A stretch of DNA of 64,000 nt from an uncultured delta proteobacterium (GTDB lineage: Bacteria; Desulfobacterota; Deferrimicrobia; Deferrimicrobiales; Deferrimicrobiaceae), in contig CAVXEY010000005.1 in assembly GCA_963760885.1 (NCBI GenBank), forward strand, positions 8,641-72,640. The letters run 5' to 3'. This document shows, piece by piece, positions 53,598 through 63,249 of this stretch. The notes beneath the pieces were generated by a model that was not told the origin of the DNA, searched no databases, and was given only the letters and a program-made list of their open reading frames with translations. Numbering within the stretch: position 1 is the first letter of the stretch; the number at the start of each line of letters is the position of its first letter. Position numbers and translations under genes: made by a program.

Positions 53598-55814
53598 ATG
53601 CGCAATTCTAAATTTAAGGCAATATCATTTTTTTCCGGTGGCGGTGGGATGTCAATTGGGTTTCAGGAAGCTGGATTTGAAATATTATTGTTTAATGATG
53701 TGGAACTAGACTCAGCTGAAACACATGCGATAAATTTTCATAAAGTTCCTTTTATTTTAAAAGATATATCAACAATTAAAGAAAATGATCTGCGTTCCAT
53801 TATTGGAGATAATGAAATTGATGTTATGATTGGGGGCCCGCCGTGCCAAGGATTTAGTAATATGGGTGACAAGGCCGCTTGCGATCCAAGGAATCAATTG
53901 TTCGACTCATATATAAGAATTGTAAAATGGATAAAACCAAAATGTGTATTGATAGAGAATGTTGTTGGAATAAAAACTTTATATGGGGGAGTATTTTTTA
54001 ATAAAATTTGCGATTCACTTTCACTAATTGGTTATGATGTATATGCTAAAATTTTAGATTCTAGCGAATATGGGGTTCCACAAATTAGAAAAAGAATGTT
54101 CATATTTTGCACAAGAATTGACGGGTATTTCTGTTTCCCTTCTCCCAGATTTACGCGTATTGGAAATCTTATCCCCGCCTTGACAGTTGGCGACGCAATT
54201 ATGGACCTTGTGGGGAAAGATGAGGGATTTCAGAATCATGCGCCTTTGAATCATAGCGAGAAGGTCATTGCAAGGTATAAGTTAATACCAGAAGGAGGAA
54301 AACTCCCTCCTAAGGATAAGCTTCCTCCTGATATTCGACGCGAAAATTTTGGAAATACGTATGTACGGCTCGATCGCAGCAAACCATCTTCTACAATGGT
54401 ACCGGGTAATAACGCTTTTCCTGTGCATCCAACTCTTAACCGAAGTTTGACGCCACGAGAAGCGGCCCGTTTGCAATCGTTCCCCGATGATCATATATTT
54501 TTTGGAACCAGGGCAAAACAATGCCATTTAGTCGGCAATGCAGTTCCACCGCTTCTTGCCGCCCACTTGGGCGTGACGATCAAGGATTATCTGCATGGGA
54601 TATTGAAAGCCCCTTCAATAAATGATTTGTCATATTTGATGTGCAAAAAAGGTGAAGGGTTTAAGCATAAATCTATCATGTCAAAAAATCGCAAAGAAAC
54701 ATTGACGTTCGTAGATTTATTTTCAGGAGTAGGAGGTTTTTGCCAAGGATTCAAGCAAGCCGGCTTAATACCATTGTTGTCTGTAGATAATAATTATTTT
54801 GCTGCAGAATCCCATAATTTGAATCATCCGGATGTTCCTTTTATAATGGGAGATCTTTCTGAAAATACCGTACAGAATAAAATAATGAAAATATTGAACG
54901 GGAAAAAAGTTGATATTTTAGTGGGAGGTCCTCCCTGCCAAGGGTTTTCAATTTTCGGGTCAAGGAGATTTGTGAATTCAAAGAATTATAACCCATTATC
55001 CGATAACCGTAATGACCTTATAAAAATATTTTGGAAGTATGTTGACTTGTTAAAACCAGACTGGGTTGTAATGGAAAACGTGCCTGGTTTTGTTAGCTTG
55101 CTTGACGGGTATTACTACAGAGAGGCTGTTAACATGGCACGTGGGCTCGGGTATAGGATTGAAGATAATGTGCTGAATGCTGCTGATTACGGTGTACCGC
55201 AACTGCGTAAGCGATTTTTGATGATAGCTACACGGACAAAGTATGTAATTCCTTGGCCAAAAGCGAAATATTATGAGTATCCAAGGGATTGGCAGAAGCC
55301 TTATAGGACTATTGGTGAGGTCCTTACAGATCTTTCGGACAAAGCCACATACGATAAATATCCAAATCATTGCCCTCCAAAACACAATAAAATTGTTGCC
55401 GAACGGTTTTCTTATATAAAAGAAGGTAAAAGATTGGATCCAAATGATTTGCCACCCCGTTTGTCAAATGGAGTTAAGACAGGGCGAGCGGTAAAGAATT
55501 TCAGTCACATATTCCGAAGGCTTGATAGAAATAAACCTGCAAGAACAATGGTTCCAGGACATAACGCTTTTCCTGTTCATCCGTGGTTGAATCGTACACT
55601 TACAATTCGGGAGGTTGCACGGATCCAAACTTTCCCAGACCAATATGTTTTTGTTGGGCCAATAATTGAGCAAGGTCTACAGGTTGGAAATGCATTTCCA
55701 TGCCTTCTTGCACAACACCTTGCTGAGAGGCTACTAAGGGTTGTTCGGAATAAATGGACGCGTGATTCAATTACTGATTTGGCTGCATACAGCATGATAG
55801 CCAAGGAAAAGTGA
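53598..55814 (+). CDS. fused tandem DNA (cytosine-5)-methyltransferase (two complete C5-MTase domains)
   Basis: Domain 1: FFSGGGGMSIGF, GGPPCQGFS, ENVVGI, QIRKRMFIF, GNAVPP. Domain 2: LFSGVGGFCQGF, GGPPCQGFS, ENVPGF, QLRKRFLMIA, GNAFP. Alternative TTG start at 53586. Confidence 0.9.
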   Translation: MRNSKFKAISFFSGGGGMSIGFQEAGFEILLFNDVELDSAETHAINFHKVPFILKDISTIKENDLRSIIGDNEIDVMIGGPPCQGFSNMGDKAACDPRNQLFDSYIRIVKWIKPKCVLIENVVGIKTLYGGVFFNKICDSLSLIGYDVYAKILDSSEYGVPQIRKRMFIFCTRIDGYFCFPSPRFTRIGNLIPALTVGDAIMDLVGKDEGFQNHAPLNHSEKVIARYKLIPEGGKLPPKDKLPPDIRRENFGNTYVRLDRSKPSSTMVPGNNAFPVHPTLNRSLTPREAARLQSFPDDHIFFGTRAKQCHLVGNAVPPLLAAHLGVTIKDYLHGILKAPSINDLSYLMCKKGEGFKHKSIMSKNRKETLTFVDLFSGVGGFCQGFKQAGLIPLLSVDNNYFAAESHNLNHPDVPFIMGDLSENTVQNKIMKILNGKKVDILVGGPPCQGFSIFGSRRFVNSKNYNPLSDNRNDLIKIFWKYVDLLKPDWVVMENVPGFVSLLDGYYYREAVNMARGLGYRIEDNVLNAADYGVPQLRKRFLMIATRTKYVIPWPKAKYYEYPRDWQKPYRTIGEVLTDLSDKATYDKYPNHCPPKHNKIVAERFSYIKEGKRLDPNDLPPRLSNGVKTGRAVKNFSHIFRRLDRNKPARTMVPGHNAFPVHPWLNRTLTIREVARIQTFPDQYVFVGPIIEQGLQVGNAFPCLLAQHLAERLLRVVRNKWTRDSITDLAAYSMIAKEK

Positions 55815-55815
55815 T

Positions 55816-57057
55816 TTGATTTACCATCATGAATTGGCAAAAAATTCCACTGACAAGGTTCTTTTCAATTGGAAGAACGGAGTATGGTCAAATAATTTTA
55901 TATCAACAAACACATATCAAACAATTGCATCACAGGTTTTTCCATCCCCGGATTCGATGTTTTTTGACCCAGATAATAAACGATCTATTGCATTTGAATT
56001 TAAGCCACCTACTGAAACTAAAAGGGGCATCCTTACTGGTGTTGGGCAATCAATTGCTTACCTTTCAGAGGCGAGTGTTTCATTCCTAATCGCGCCTAGT
56101 CATGTGGAAGGTTATAATATTGCTGTGGACCTAGAAAAACTTTATAAAAGTAAGATATATGACAAATTGCCAACTGGCTTGATAGTCTATGATGATGATT
56201 ATGCAAAATCATTGACACTTGCTGTAGATATAGGGGAGCGAGCGATTATAAGTGAAAGTAAAATTCGAGGTATCGCGAATAGATATTGGGCGAAACATCA
56301 GGATCTGCCATTACACTTAATATGGTTAATTCTTGATGAGGCATACAATTTGCCTGATATACCAAATAGAAGGGCTACTATATGGAAAAATTGCTGGAAT
56401 AAATATTTGTACCCAACTGAACACAGAAATACACTCACTGTATATCCTACGATTATTCTAAAACATGATGGCAATCCATTATATGTATTTGATAGAATAA
56501 AGACAGCTTTAAAAGAAAAAATCGATGATAGGAAGATCACGATGGAAGAAGCTTTAGAGGTATTAAAAAAGGAATCAGATACTGAATATGTTGGCGATAA
56601 TCTATTTAATGCCTATGGTAAAAACTACATTACATTTATTAAACATTTGCAATTATGGGATGATAATGGAAACCTTACAGAAGACGGTCTTCATTTGCAT
56701 AGAATTGGAAAACTGCATAAACCACAGAGTCTTACTTTTAGGGATCACTTTGCAAAAATATTGTTGTTCAACGGGAAACATTTAGATCTTATTCTTGATG
56801 TAGAAAACAAAACAAGAAACAAAATATTTAATAATGTGAATGAAGTAACATCATATATTAGAGATGATTTTATTGAAAATGGGTATTATAAAAGGAATCC
56901 TGGAAGAGGGACTGGTGAAACGCAACAATTTTTGAAATATGAAAGAATAATATGGGGACATATTGGAATATTAACAAAGATAAATAATAAACAATATATG
57001 CCAGGAAAAGGCTTCAATTTTGATTGGAAACAGATAACAAGGTTGTGCTCCTTGTGA
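55816..57057 (+). CDS. candidate type II restriction endonuclease (PD-ExK)
   Basis: TTG start 1 nt after the MTase stop. FFDPDNKRSIAFEFKPP fits PD...ExK. Low GC like the MTase. Confidence 0.55.
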   Translation: MIYHHELAKNSTDKVLFNWKNGVWSNNFISTNTYQTIASQVFPSPDSMFFDPDNKRSIAFEFKPPTETKRGILTGVGQSIAYLSEASVSFLIAPSHVEGYNIAVDLEKLYKSKIYDKLPTGLIVYDDDYAKSLTLAVDIGERAIISESKIRGIANRYWAKHQDLPLHLIWLILDEAYNLPDIPNRRATIWKNCWNKYLYPTEHRNTLTVYPTIILKHDGNPLYVFDRIKTALKEKIDDRKITMEEALEVLKKESDTEYVGDNLFNAYGKNYITFIKHLQLWDDNGNLTEDGLHLHRIGKLHKPQSLTFRDHFAKILLFNGKHLDLILDVENKTRNKIFNNVNEVTSYIRDDFIENGYYKRNPGRGTGETQQFLKYERIIWGHIGILTKINNKQYMPGKGFNFDWKQITRLCSL

Positions 57058-57115
57058 AATTACGGATGGAAAGGATAAAAAAATAGACATATGGTCTAAA
57101 AAGAAGAGAAGTGAA

Positions 57116-57502
57116 GTGATGGCTAAAATTCGCTCGAAAAATACAAAACCAGAGCGAATAGTAAGATCAACTCTTCACATAATGGGATTACGCTTTAGAC
57201 TCCATAGGAAAGATTTTCCTGGTTCACCAGATTTATTACTACCAAAATATAAATTGGCCATATTCGTCAATGGTTGTTTCTGGCATTTTCATAAAGCTTG
57301 CAGAAATGGAAAAATACCTGACAGCAATAGCAAAATGTGGGAAAAGAAATTAAATGACAATATTGAAAGGGATAAAAATAATATTAAAGAATTAAGAAAA
57401 ATAGGATGGAATACTGTTGTCTTTTGGGAGTGTGAAATAAAAAAAGATATCAATATTATAAAAAGGAAATTGTTGAAAATTGTTAAAGATTTTAAAGAGT
57501 AA
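57116..57502 (+). CDS. vsr: very short patch repair endonuclease
   Basis: IRSKNTKPE, GSPDLLL, FVNGCFWHFH. The conserved N-terminal residues continue upstream of GTG 57116 without a canonical start. Confidence 0.85.
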   Translation: MMAKIRSKNTKPERIVRSTLHIMGLRFRLHRKDFPGSPDLLLPKYKLAIFVNGCFWHFHKACRNGKIPDSNSKMWEKKLNDNIERDKNNIKELRKIGWNTVVFWECEIKKDINIIKRKLLKIVKDFKE

Positions 57503-57804
57503 GAGAACAAAATAATTTATTTTGAAATAGTGACGACATGTTTGCTGCTGGCGATTTGGAATAAATGCTTTTTTTGGCTTGATCGCAAAGTGACTGTGGA
57601 CTTGGCAATCTACCCCTCAGCAACTTTAGCAACCGACCCGAAGGTACACTCCCCGCTGAAGATCTGTAACCCCTTAACCGATAAAGGAATCAAGGGCCTC
57701 ACGAAGGTCCGAATTTTCTTTCTGTGACCAGAATGTGTCCTTCGACTTGAGGGCAGATCTGACAGGCACTTCAGCGATTCATATCCGCAGGGCGGGAGAG
57801 AGGA

Positions 57805-58941
57805 ATGTTGATCAAGGAACGCGATAACCACGACTCCGACGTCGAAAGTTTACGGAGTCTGTTGAAGTGCCAGATATCGGCCAAGCAGCGGTTTCTCATT
57901 GAGCGAGAGATAAAGTGCGTCGGCTCCGGAGCAAGGGGAGAGGACAGCTCTGCGTACTATATCGATTTTCGGTCCAGAGACAGCAAGAACACCGCGATCA
58001 TTCACGACTTGAGGTTGGAATATCGGGGATTTGTCGCCCAGATCGACCACTTGTTGATCAATCGCTTACTCGAAATTTATGTTCTGGAGTCTAAAAACTA
58101 CTACTACGGGGTCAAGATAACCCCTGAGGGTGAGTTCCTTGTATGGAATGGGAAAACATACCTTCCCATTGAGTCTCCCATCGAGCAAAACAAACGCCAT
58201 ATCGACCTTCTGCGGAGAGTGATCGAGCAACCGGGGTTCTTGCCAACGAGACTCGGTGTATCCATTCCCCCATCGTTTCTCAGCTATGTCATGGTGGCGC
58301 CCAATAGTCGTGTCGATCGACCTGCGCAGGGGAAGTTCGATACCAGCATGGTGATCAAAGCGGATGGACTCGATGCCGTTATTGAAAAGAGAATTGTCAA
58401 GGCATCCCCAGTGGATGTTTTTTCCTCCCTGGCAAAGGTAGTCTCGCAGGAGACACTGGAAACATTCGCTCGAAGATTGGTTCGACTTCACCGTCCCTCG
58501 AAAATCGATTATGCGGCTAAGTTCGGTGTCACGGTTACAGCTCCACCTGCCACAAAACCGCAGTCGTCAGCTGTCATACCAACAAATAACGGGAATGGGG
58601 GCGTCACTAAGAGAGAGCCCATCTGCGAGGCCTGCGGTGGGGCAGTGGATGCAAAGGTTGTGTATTACTGCCGTGTCAACAGAGAGAATTTTAGAGGGAA
58701 AATTCTCTGCCGATCCTGTCAGCAACCACCGGTTATCAACCCCGTGGGTCAACCGGTGTCGATCAAGATAAATAAAAATGCGACCTCTACTGGAAATTCG
58801 ACAACGCAGAAAGGGGTGTGTGAGAAATGCGGTGTCGCAGTGGATGGGAAGGTGGTGTTCTTCTGTCGCATGAACAAGGGAAAGTTTGATGGGAAGATTC
58901 TTTGTCGATCTTGTCAGTGGACAGCGTTAACTCAGGCCTGA
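57805..58941 (+). CDS. NERD-domain nuclease-like protein with two C-terminal zinc-ribbon repeats
   Basis: NERD pattern (GEDSSAYYID...QIDHLLINRLLEIYVLESKNY...IEQNKRH). Two repeats of C.(A/K)CG..VD.KVV.(Y/F)CR.N...F.GKILCRSCQ. Confidence 0.75.
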   Translation: MLIKERDNHDSDVESLRSLLKCQISAKQRFLIEREIKCVGSGARGEDSSAYYIDFRSRDSKNTAIIHDLRLEYRGFVAQIDHLLINRLLEIYVLESKNYYYGVKITPEGEFLVWNGKTYLPIESPIEQNKRHIDLLRRVIEQPGFLPTRLGVSIPPSFLSYVMVAPNSRVDRPAQGKFDTSMVIKADGLDAVIEKRIVKASPVDVFSSLAKVVSQETLETFARRLVRLHRPSKIDYAAKFGVTVTAPPATKPQSSAVIPTNNGNGGVTKREPICEACGGAVDAKVVYYCRVNRENFRGKILCRSCQQPPVINPVGQPVSIKINKNATSTGNSTTQKGVCEKCGVAVDGKVVFFCRMNKGKFDGKILCRSCQWTALTQA

Positions 58942-59023
58942 GGGTGTCTACAAAATTAAGGGAAGTCCACTCATCGATCTGTTGGTGGTTTGTTAATTTA
59001 GTTTTTATTTGGTGATCATAAAT

Positions 59024-61504
59024 ATGGGAAAAAGTAATCGAAAGAAATTTAGATCAGATAGGCTAGCAAAAGATAAGAAGAGGCGGATGCCGGATGATTA
59101 TTTTCGTCATGGTACGTTCGAGATGGCTCGTTTTGGTAAATTGATTTATGCGAAAAATAATATGCCGAAAGAGCATTTTGAAAATATGCATGTTGAGTTA
59201 GCGAAACGATTTCCAGAGGTATGCCAAGAAATTGATTCTAAGGTTGGTAGAATAGTCGATATAGTTAAATTCCTTCCTACGACAGAAGTTCTTAAGCGAG
59301 CATATTGGGAGATGGCATTACTTCATGCAAATAAGGAATCAGAATTTGAGTTCGGGCATGAAGAAGGAATATCGCTGCGGATGCTGGATTATATACAAAG
59401 CATCATCGTCTCGGTCAAACCAGGTGAAGTGGTGGAGGAAGGGGTATCGGAAAAACGGTGGCAGGAACTAAAAACCTGTGTGATGGATTTGTTTACCCAG
59501 TTGAACTTAGAGTTTCAGATTTGTCTTACTGCATTTAATCGTCAAAAACCTGATTTTAACATGGATGTTGCGGAATATTATTTTAAGGCACAAATGTATT
59601 GGTGTAACGTTAGGGGAAAACGATACTCATATTATAACATGAAATATTACGTAGATGTATTAAAGGTGCATGAGAATATAATTAATGAATTGTATGGTAT
59701 AGGAATTGAAGAAATTATTAAGGCTTTGGACAATATACAAAAAGCACTTATATATGGAATAGGTGATTTGGTCGTAGATATGCGGCGTATCAATGAAATT
59801 GTAACTAATAAGCTTAAGGTGATGCAAGATCAAGGGAAGATTGAAGACGTAAAGACGTTGTATACGGCATGCGAGGCTATATTGAAAGATGAGGGGATGG
59901 CGGAATTACCTAATAGTATTGCGGGTAGGCTTGGGCTTGATTTGTTTGACTTAAAGAAGTTAACAGCATTGCCGGTATCACTATTGGATGATCTTTCATG
60001 GGAACCCGGACAGGATACAGAATTTTTTAGTGAGGGCGAATACAGGGGGTGGCCGTTAAGAATATGGCCAATATGGAAACGCCCATTTCTTAAGGTGGAT
60101 GGAAATTACTATTGTTTTGAGATGTACAGCTTATTTGATAATTTCTATCGAATCATGGAACGTCTAATAATTAAGAAGAGGAAAGAGTATCGAGAGATAT
60201 GGAATAAATATCAAAAGGAGCTGTCGGAGCAATTGCCACTTGATCTAATGAGCAAGATTCTTCCGAATGCAAGGATATATAAATCAGTATATTATAGAAC
60301 AAAAACTACCCCGGATGGGAGTAGTGAATGGTTTGAAGTTGATTCAATAATTATCTATGAGGATCATTTGTTTATATTCGAAATAAAAGCGGGGGCTTTT
60401 ACATATACATCTCCTGCAACAGATTTCATGGCTTATATCGAGTCCTTGAAGAATCTTGTGTTTAATCCTGCCAAGCAAGGGAATAGGTTTAAAAAATATA
60501 TAAATAGCTCCGATACGGTAAGCTTGTATGATTCCAAACATCAAGAAATATGCGCTATTTCTGCTAAGGATTTCGCCCATGTTACAATATGTGCGGTAAC
60601 GCTTGATCCATTTACTGAATTGGCATCGCAGGTTCAACATCTAAAGAAAATAGGTGTTGATGTTGGTGAAGAACCAGTATTAGCTATATCAATTGATGAT
60701 CTTAGAGTTTATGCAGATGTCTTCGAAAACCAATTAGTATTTCTTCATTACATAGAAGAAAGAATGAGGGCATTTAGGAGTAATATGATTGAGGTGGATG
60801 ACGAATTGGATCATCTTGGCCTATACATTAAGCACAATATATATACTCAGTATGTAAAAAATCTTGATCCTAATGGGCGGATTCGTTGGAATGGCTACCG
60901 TGTAGAGATAGATCGGTTTTATACTGAAAAACTAAGAGATCCGGAATGTAAATGTTTGATAAAACAAAAAATGCCTTCGAGATTTTTAGAAATAATTGAA
61001 AGGTTGGCTCAAAGTAACAAACCGAATCGAAGGAAAATTTCTAGTACATTGCTTGATTTGGATGGCCAAAACAGAAATGATATTTCTTCGGGGATTGACG
61101 ACAACTTAATCCGACAGTCAAAATTATTTAGAGCAAGGCCGCTGTCAATCCATGGATTAAATAGAATTACAATGTTTTGCTGGCAACTTGGGATTGTTGA
61201 GAGAAATTATGGAATGGCATTAAGACATACTCGGGCAGTTATGGCGATTAACAACGAGAAAGAAAGATTCCTGGTCGAGCTTATATATGATTCAAAAGGA
61301 ATATTGAAAGATGTGCTGTACGAAGCTGTAAAATTTGAAGATATACCAGAATCTATTTGTTCAGAAATAATGCACGAGGCTGAAAATATTAGAAAGAGGC
61401 GAATTGCGGAAGCAAGAAGTCAGAGGGGTAAAATTGGTCCTAACGCTGATTGTCCGTGCGGGAGTGGGAAAAAGTACAAAAAATGCTGCATGCGTCGCGT
61501 GTAA
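59024..61504 (+). CDS. uncharacterised 826-aa protein with central PD-(D/E)xK-like motif and C-terminal SEC-C metal-binding motif
   Basis: Start set to ATG 59024. EVDSIIIYEDHLFIFEIKAG. C-terminus CPCGSGKKYKKCC. Low GC. Confidence 0.7.
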   Translation: MGKSNRKKFRSDRLAKDKKRRMPDDYFRHGTFEMARFGKLIYAKNNMPKEHFENMHVELAKRFPEVCQEIDSKVGRIVDIVKFLPTTEVLKRAYWEMALLHANKESEFEFGHEEGISLRMLDYIQSIIVSVKPGEVVEEGVSEKRWQELKTCVMDLFTQLNLEFQICLTAFNRQKPDFNMDVAEYYFKAQMYWCNVRGKRYSYYNMKYYVDVLKVHENIINELYGIGIEEIIKALDNIQKALIYGIGDLVVDMRRINEIVTNKLKVMQDQGKIEDVKTLYTACEAILKDEGMAELPNSIAGRLGLDLFDLKKLTALPVSLLDDLSWEPGQDTEFFSEGEYRGWPLRIWPIWKRPFLKVDGNYYCFEMYSLFDNFYRIMERLIIKKRKEYREIWNKYQKELSEQLPLDLMSKILPNARIYKSVYYRTKTTPDGSSEWFEVDSIIIYEDHLFIFEIKAGAFTYTSPATDFMAYIESLKNLVFNPAKQGNRFKKYINSSDTVSLYDSKHQEICAISAKDFAHVTICAVTLDPFTELASQVQHLKKIGVDVGEEPVLAISIDDLRVYADVFENQLVFLHYIEERMRAFRSNMIEVDDELDHLGLYIKHNIYTQYVKNLDPNGRIRWNGYRVEIDRFYTEKLRDPECKCLIKQKMPSRFLEIIERLAQSNKPNRRKISSTLLDLDGQNRNDISSGIDDNLIRQSKLFRARPLSIHGLNRITMFCWQLGIVERNYGMALRHTRAVMAINNEKERFLVELIYDSKGILKDVLYEAVKFEDIPESICSEIMHEAENIRKRRIAEARSQRGKIGPNADCPCGSGKKYKKCCMRRV

Positions 61505-61596
61505 AATAAAGGATTATACTCAATTTAATTTCTCCATAAATCTTTGAACCAATGACTAACCCCCCCCGTGATCACTCCACCAGTGTCTTAGGCCAG

Positions 61597-61635
61597 CCAA
61601 CCCGAAGGTAACCTCCTTCCTGCGGGATATATTTC
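61597..61635 (+). repeat. 39-bp direct repeat, left copy
   Basis: CCAACCCGAAGGTAACCTCCTTCCTGCGGGATATATTTC versus 63250-63288 (one indel, one mismatch). Confidence 0.85.
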
Positions 61636-61825
61636 TAAGCTTGCCCCTGTTTTGACCGGACACTCCGATTGCTGATAATAAGTGATAGGAGTACGACTGG
61701 TCGTATGACTACCCCTAAGGACAGACCCGACATGAACCCCATCGAGGTCATCATTACCGAAAATTCTGGCGCCGCAAGTAGGCGTTACTCCATCCCTCCC
61801 CACCCCGATCGGTCCGACGTTCAAT

Positions 61826-62221
61826 GTGCCTCCCCAGGAACTTCCGCAGAATGGCTTTATCGCGCGGTACCACAACCAACCTGCGGTCGCCCCGCTGACG
61901 ATCACTGTGGCGCCCGGGTCCCACTATCTGGTCAAGATCGAGGATGCTGGAAGCGGGGTACCCGTCCTTACAGTATTTATTCATTCTGGACAAACCATCC
62001 AAACCAAGGTTCCGATAGGTTCATACCGGATGAAGTACGCCATGGGAACGACTTGGTACGGGGAGCAGCACCTGTTTGGGCCAAGTACGAACTATCACAA
62101 GGCGGATCGAATCTTAGGGTTTGCCCAGACGTCGACCGGTTATTCCGGACATACCATCCAGTTGATCAGACAGGTGAGTGGAAACCTTCCCACCACGCAG
62201 ATTGGATCCCGAGACTGGTGA
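61826..62221 (+). CDS. hypothetical protein
   Basis: 131-aa ORF with protein-like composition. The overlapping 61669..62262 frame looks non-coding. Confidence 0.45.
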   Translation: MPPQELPQNGFIARYHNQPAVAPLTITVAPGSHYLVKIEDAGSGVPVLTVFIHSGQTIQTKVPIGSYRMKYAMGTTWYGEQHLFGPSTNYHKADRILGFAQTSTGYSGHTIQLIRQVSGNLPTTQIGSRDW

Positions 62222-62373
62222 CAATACTCACTGGCGGGATCGGCAGAAGATCTTTTGAATAAGTTGCTCCAAGGACCATCAGGACCTTCGGGTATATTGC
62301 GGCCAAGTTCTAGTCATGCAGTTTATTTTACCCTCCTGTTGACATGTGTCACGTGACAGATTACACTTAGTCC

Positions 62374-62655
62374 ATGATTAAGTCGTTTGCGGATAAAGAA
62401 ACGCTGGAGTTGTATGAAACGGGGAAGTCGAAACGGCTTCCGCCGGATATCCGAAGACGAGCAATACGGAGGCTGGAATATCTCGATTTGGCGACCGGGC
62501 TGGAGGATTTGAAGGTGCCTCCAAGTAATCGACTTCACGAACTGCAACGGGAGCGAAAGGGGCAATACTCTATTTCCGTCAACGATCAATGGCGCATATG
62601 TTTCCGATTCGAAGATGGTGACGCCTACGATGTCGAACTCACGGATTACCACTGA
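62374..62655 (+). CDS. higB: HigB-type (RelE/ParE superfamily) toxin
   Basis: 93 aa. MIKSF..K....LYETG......P.......L..L......DL......LH.L...RKGQYSISVNDQWRICFRFEDGDAYDVELTDYH. Confidence 0.85.
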   Translation: MIKSFADKETLELYETGKSKRLPPDIRRRAIRRLEYLDLATGLEDLKVPPSNRLHELQRERKGQYSISVNDQWRICFRFEDGDAYDVELTDYH

Positions 62656-62668
62656 GGCGAGGTGCGAT

Positions 62669-62983
62669 ATGAGCATTCCGAACACAAGAGAGCGAAAGGT
62701 TCGTCCGACGCATCCTGGCGAGATGCTTCGGGAAGATTATTTGCCCGATTACGGCCTTACTGTGTCGGTTTTTGCGAAGGCGTTGGGGGTGTCTCGCCAG
62801 ACGGTAAACGAGCTGCTCCGTGAGCGGCGCTCGGTGAGCCCGGAGATGGCGATTCGGCTCTCCCGGTTGTTCGGCAACACGGCCGAGTTCTGGCTTAACG
62901 CACAGCGGGCTGTGGATCTATGGGAGGCATCTCGAACCATAAAGGAGAAGATCAAGCAGATAACTCCACTGAGCGCTGCATAA
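62669..62983 (+). CDS. higA: HigA-type XRE-family antitoxin
   Basis: Start set to ATG 62669 (GAGGTG RBS). HPGEMLREDYL...LGVSRQTVNELLRERRSVSPEMAIRLSRLFGNTAEFWLNAQ. Confidence 0.85.
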   Translation: MSIPNTRERKVRPTHPGEMLREDYLPDYGLTVSVFAKALGVSRQTVNELLRERRSVSPEMAIRLSRLFGNTAEFWLNAQRAVDLWEASRTIKEKIKQITPLSAA

Positions 62984-63078
62984 AAAGTCTCAAGCTGGCG
63001 ACCAATGGGGCTGTCCTTCCCGAGGCTGTCCATAAGGCCCAGCTGCCCGGGAATTCGAATTAGTGACGAGAGGATCAG

Positions 63079-63237
63079 ATGAACAAGGCGAAGCGGAAGA
63101 TTTTGGAGAAAAAAGGATGGAAGGTGGGTACGGCCGAGGAATTCCTTGGGTTGTCTCCGGCAGAATCCAGGTGTATCGATGAGAGGTTAGCGAAGAGTAA
63201 AACAGGTTCTGGGCACACTTTGGGCACAGTCGAATGA
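63079..63237 (+). pseudogene. truncated HTH antitoxin-like gene fragment
   Basis: MNKAKRKILEKKGWKVGTAEEFLGLSPAESRCIDERLAKS... stops after 52 codons, just before the right 39-bp repeat. Confidence 0.45.
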
Positions 63238-63249
63238 GACCTTCGGGTG

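Noticed and set aside
57530-57727. 65-aa ORF between vsr and the NERD gene.
   Set aside because: No RBS and an odd composition. The region is better explained as a junction spacer containing the CCCGAAGGT motif.
61611-61620. ACCTCCTT within the 39-bp repeat resembles the 16S rRNA 3' anti-Shine-Dalgarno end.
   Set aside because: No other rRNA-like sequence flanks it, and the window contains no rRNA genes. Treated as coincidence or as an SD-like string on the opposite strand.
61588-61905. ORFs 61588..61905 (-) and 62990..63319 (-) share a similar peptide stretch (IYPAGRRLPSGW / ISRRKEVPSGL).
   Set aside because: The shared stretch is simply the translation of the 39-bp direct repeat. The rest of both ORFs is non-protein-like and overlaps better candidates.
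61669-62262. 197-aa ORF overlapping the 131-aa ORF in another frame.
   Set aside because: Arg/Pro/Gly-rich and non-protein-like. The 61826..62221 frame has balanced composition and was preferred, still with low confidence.
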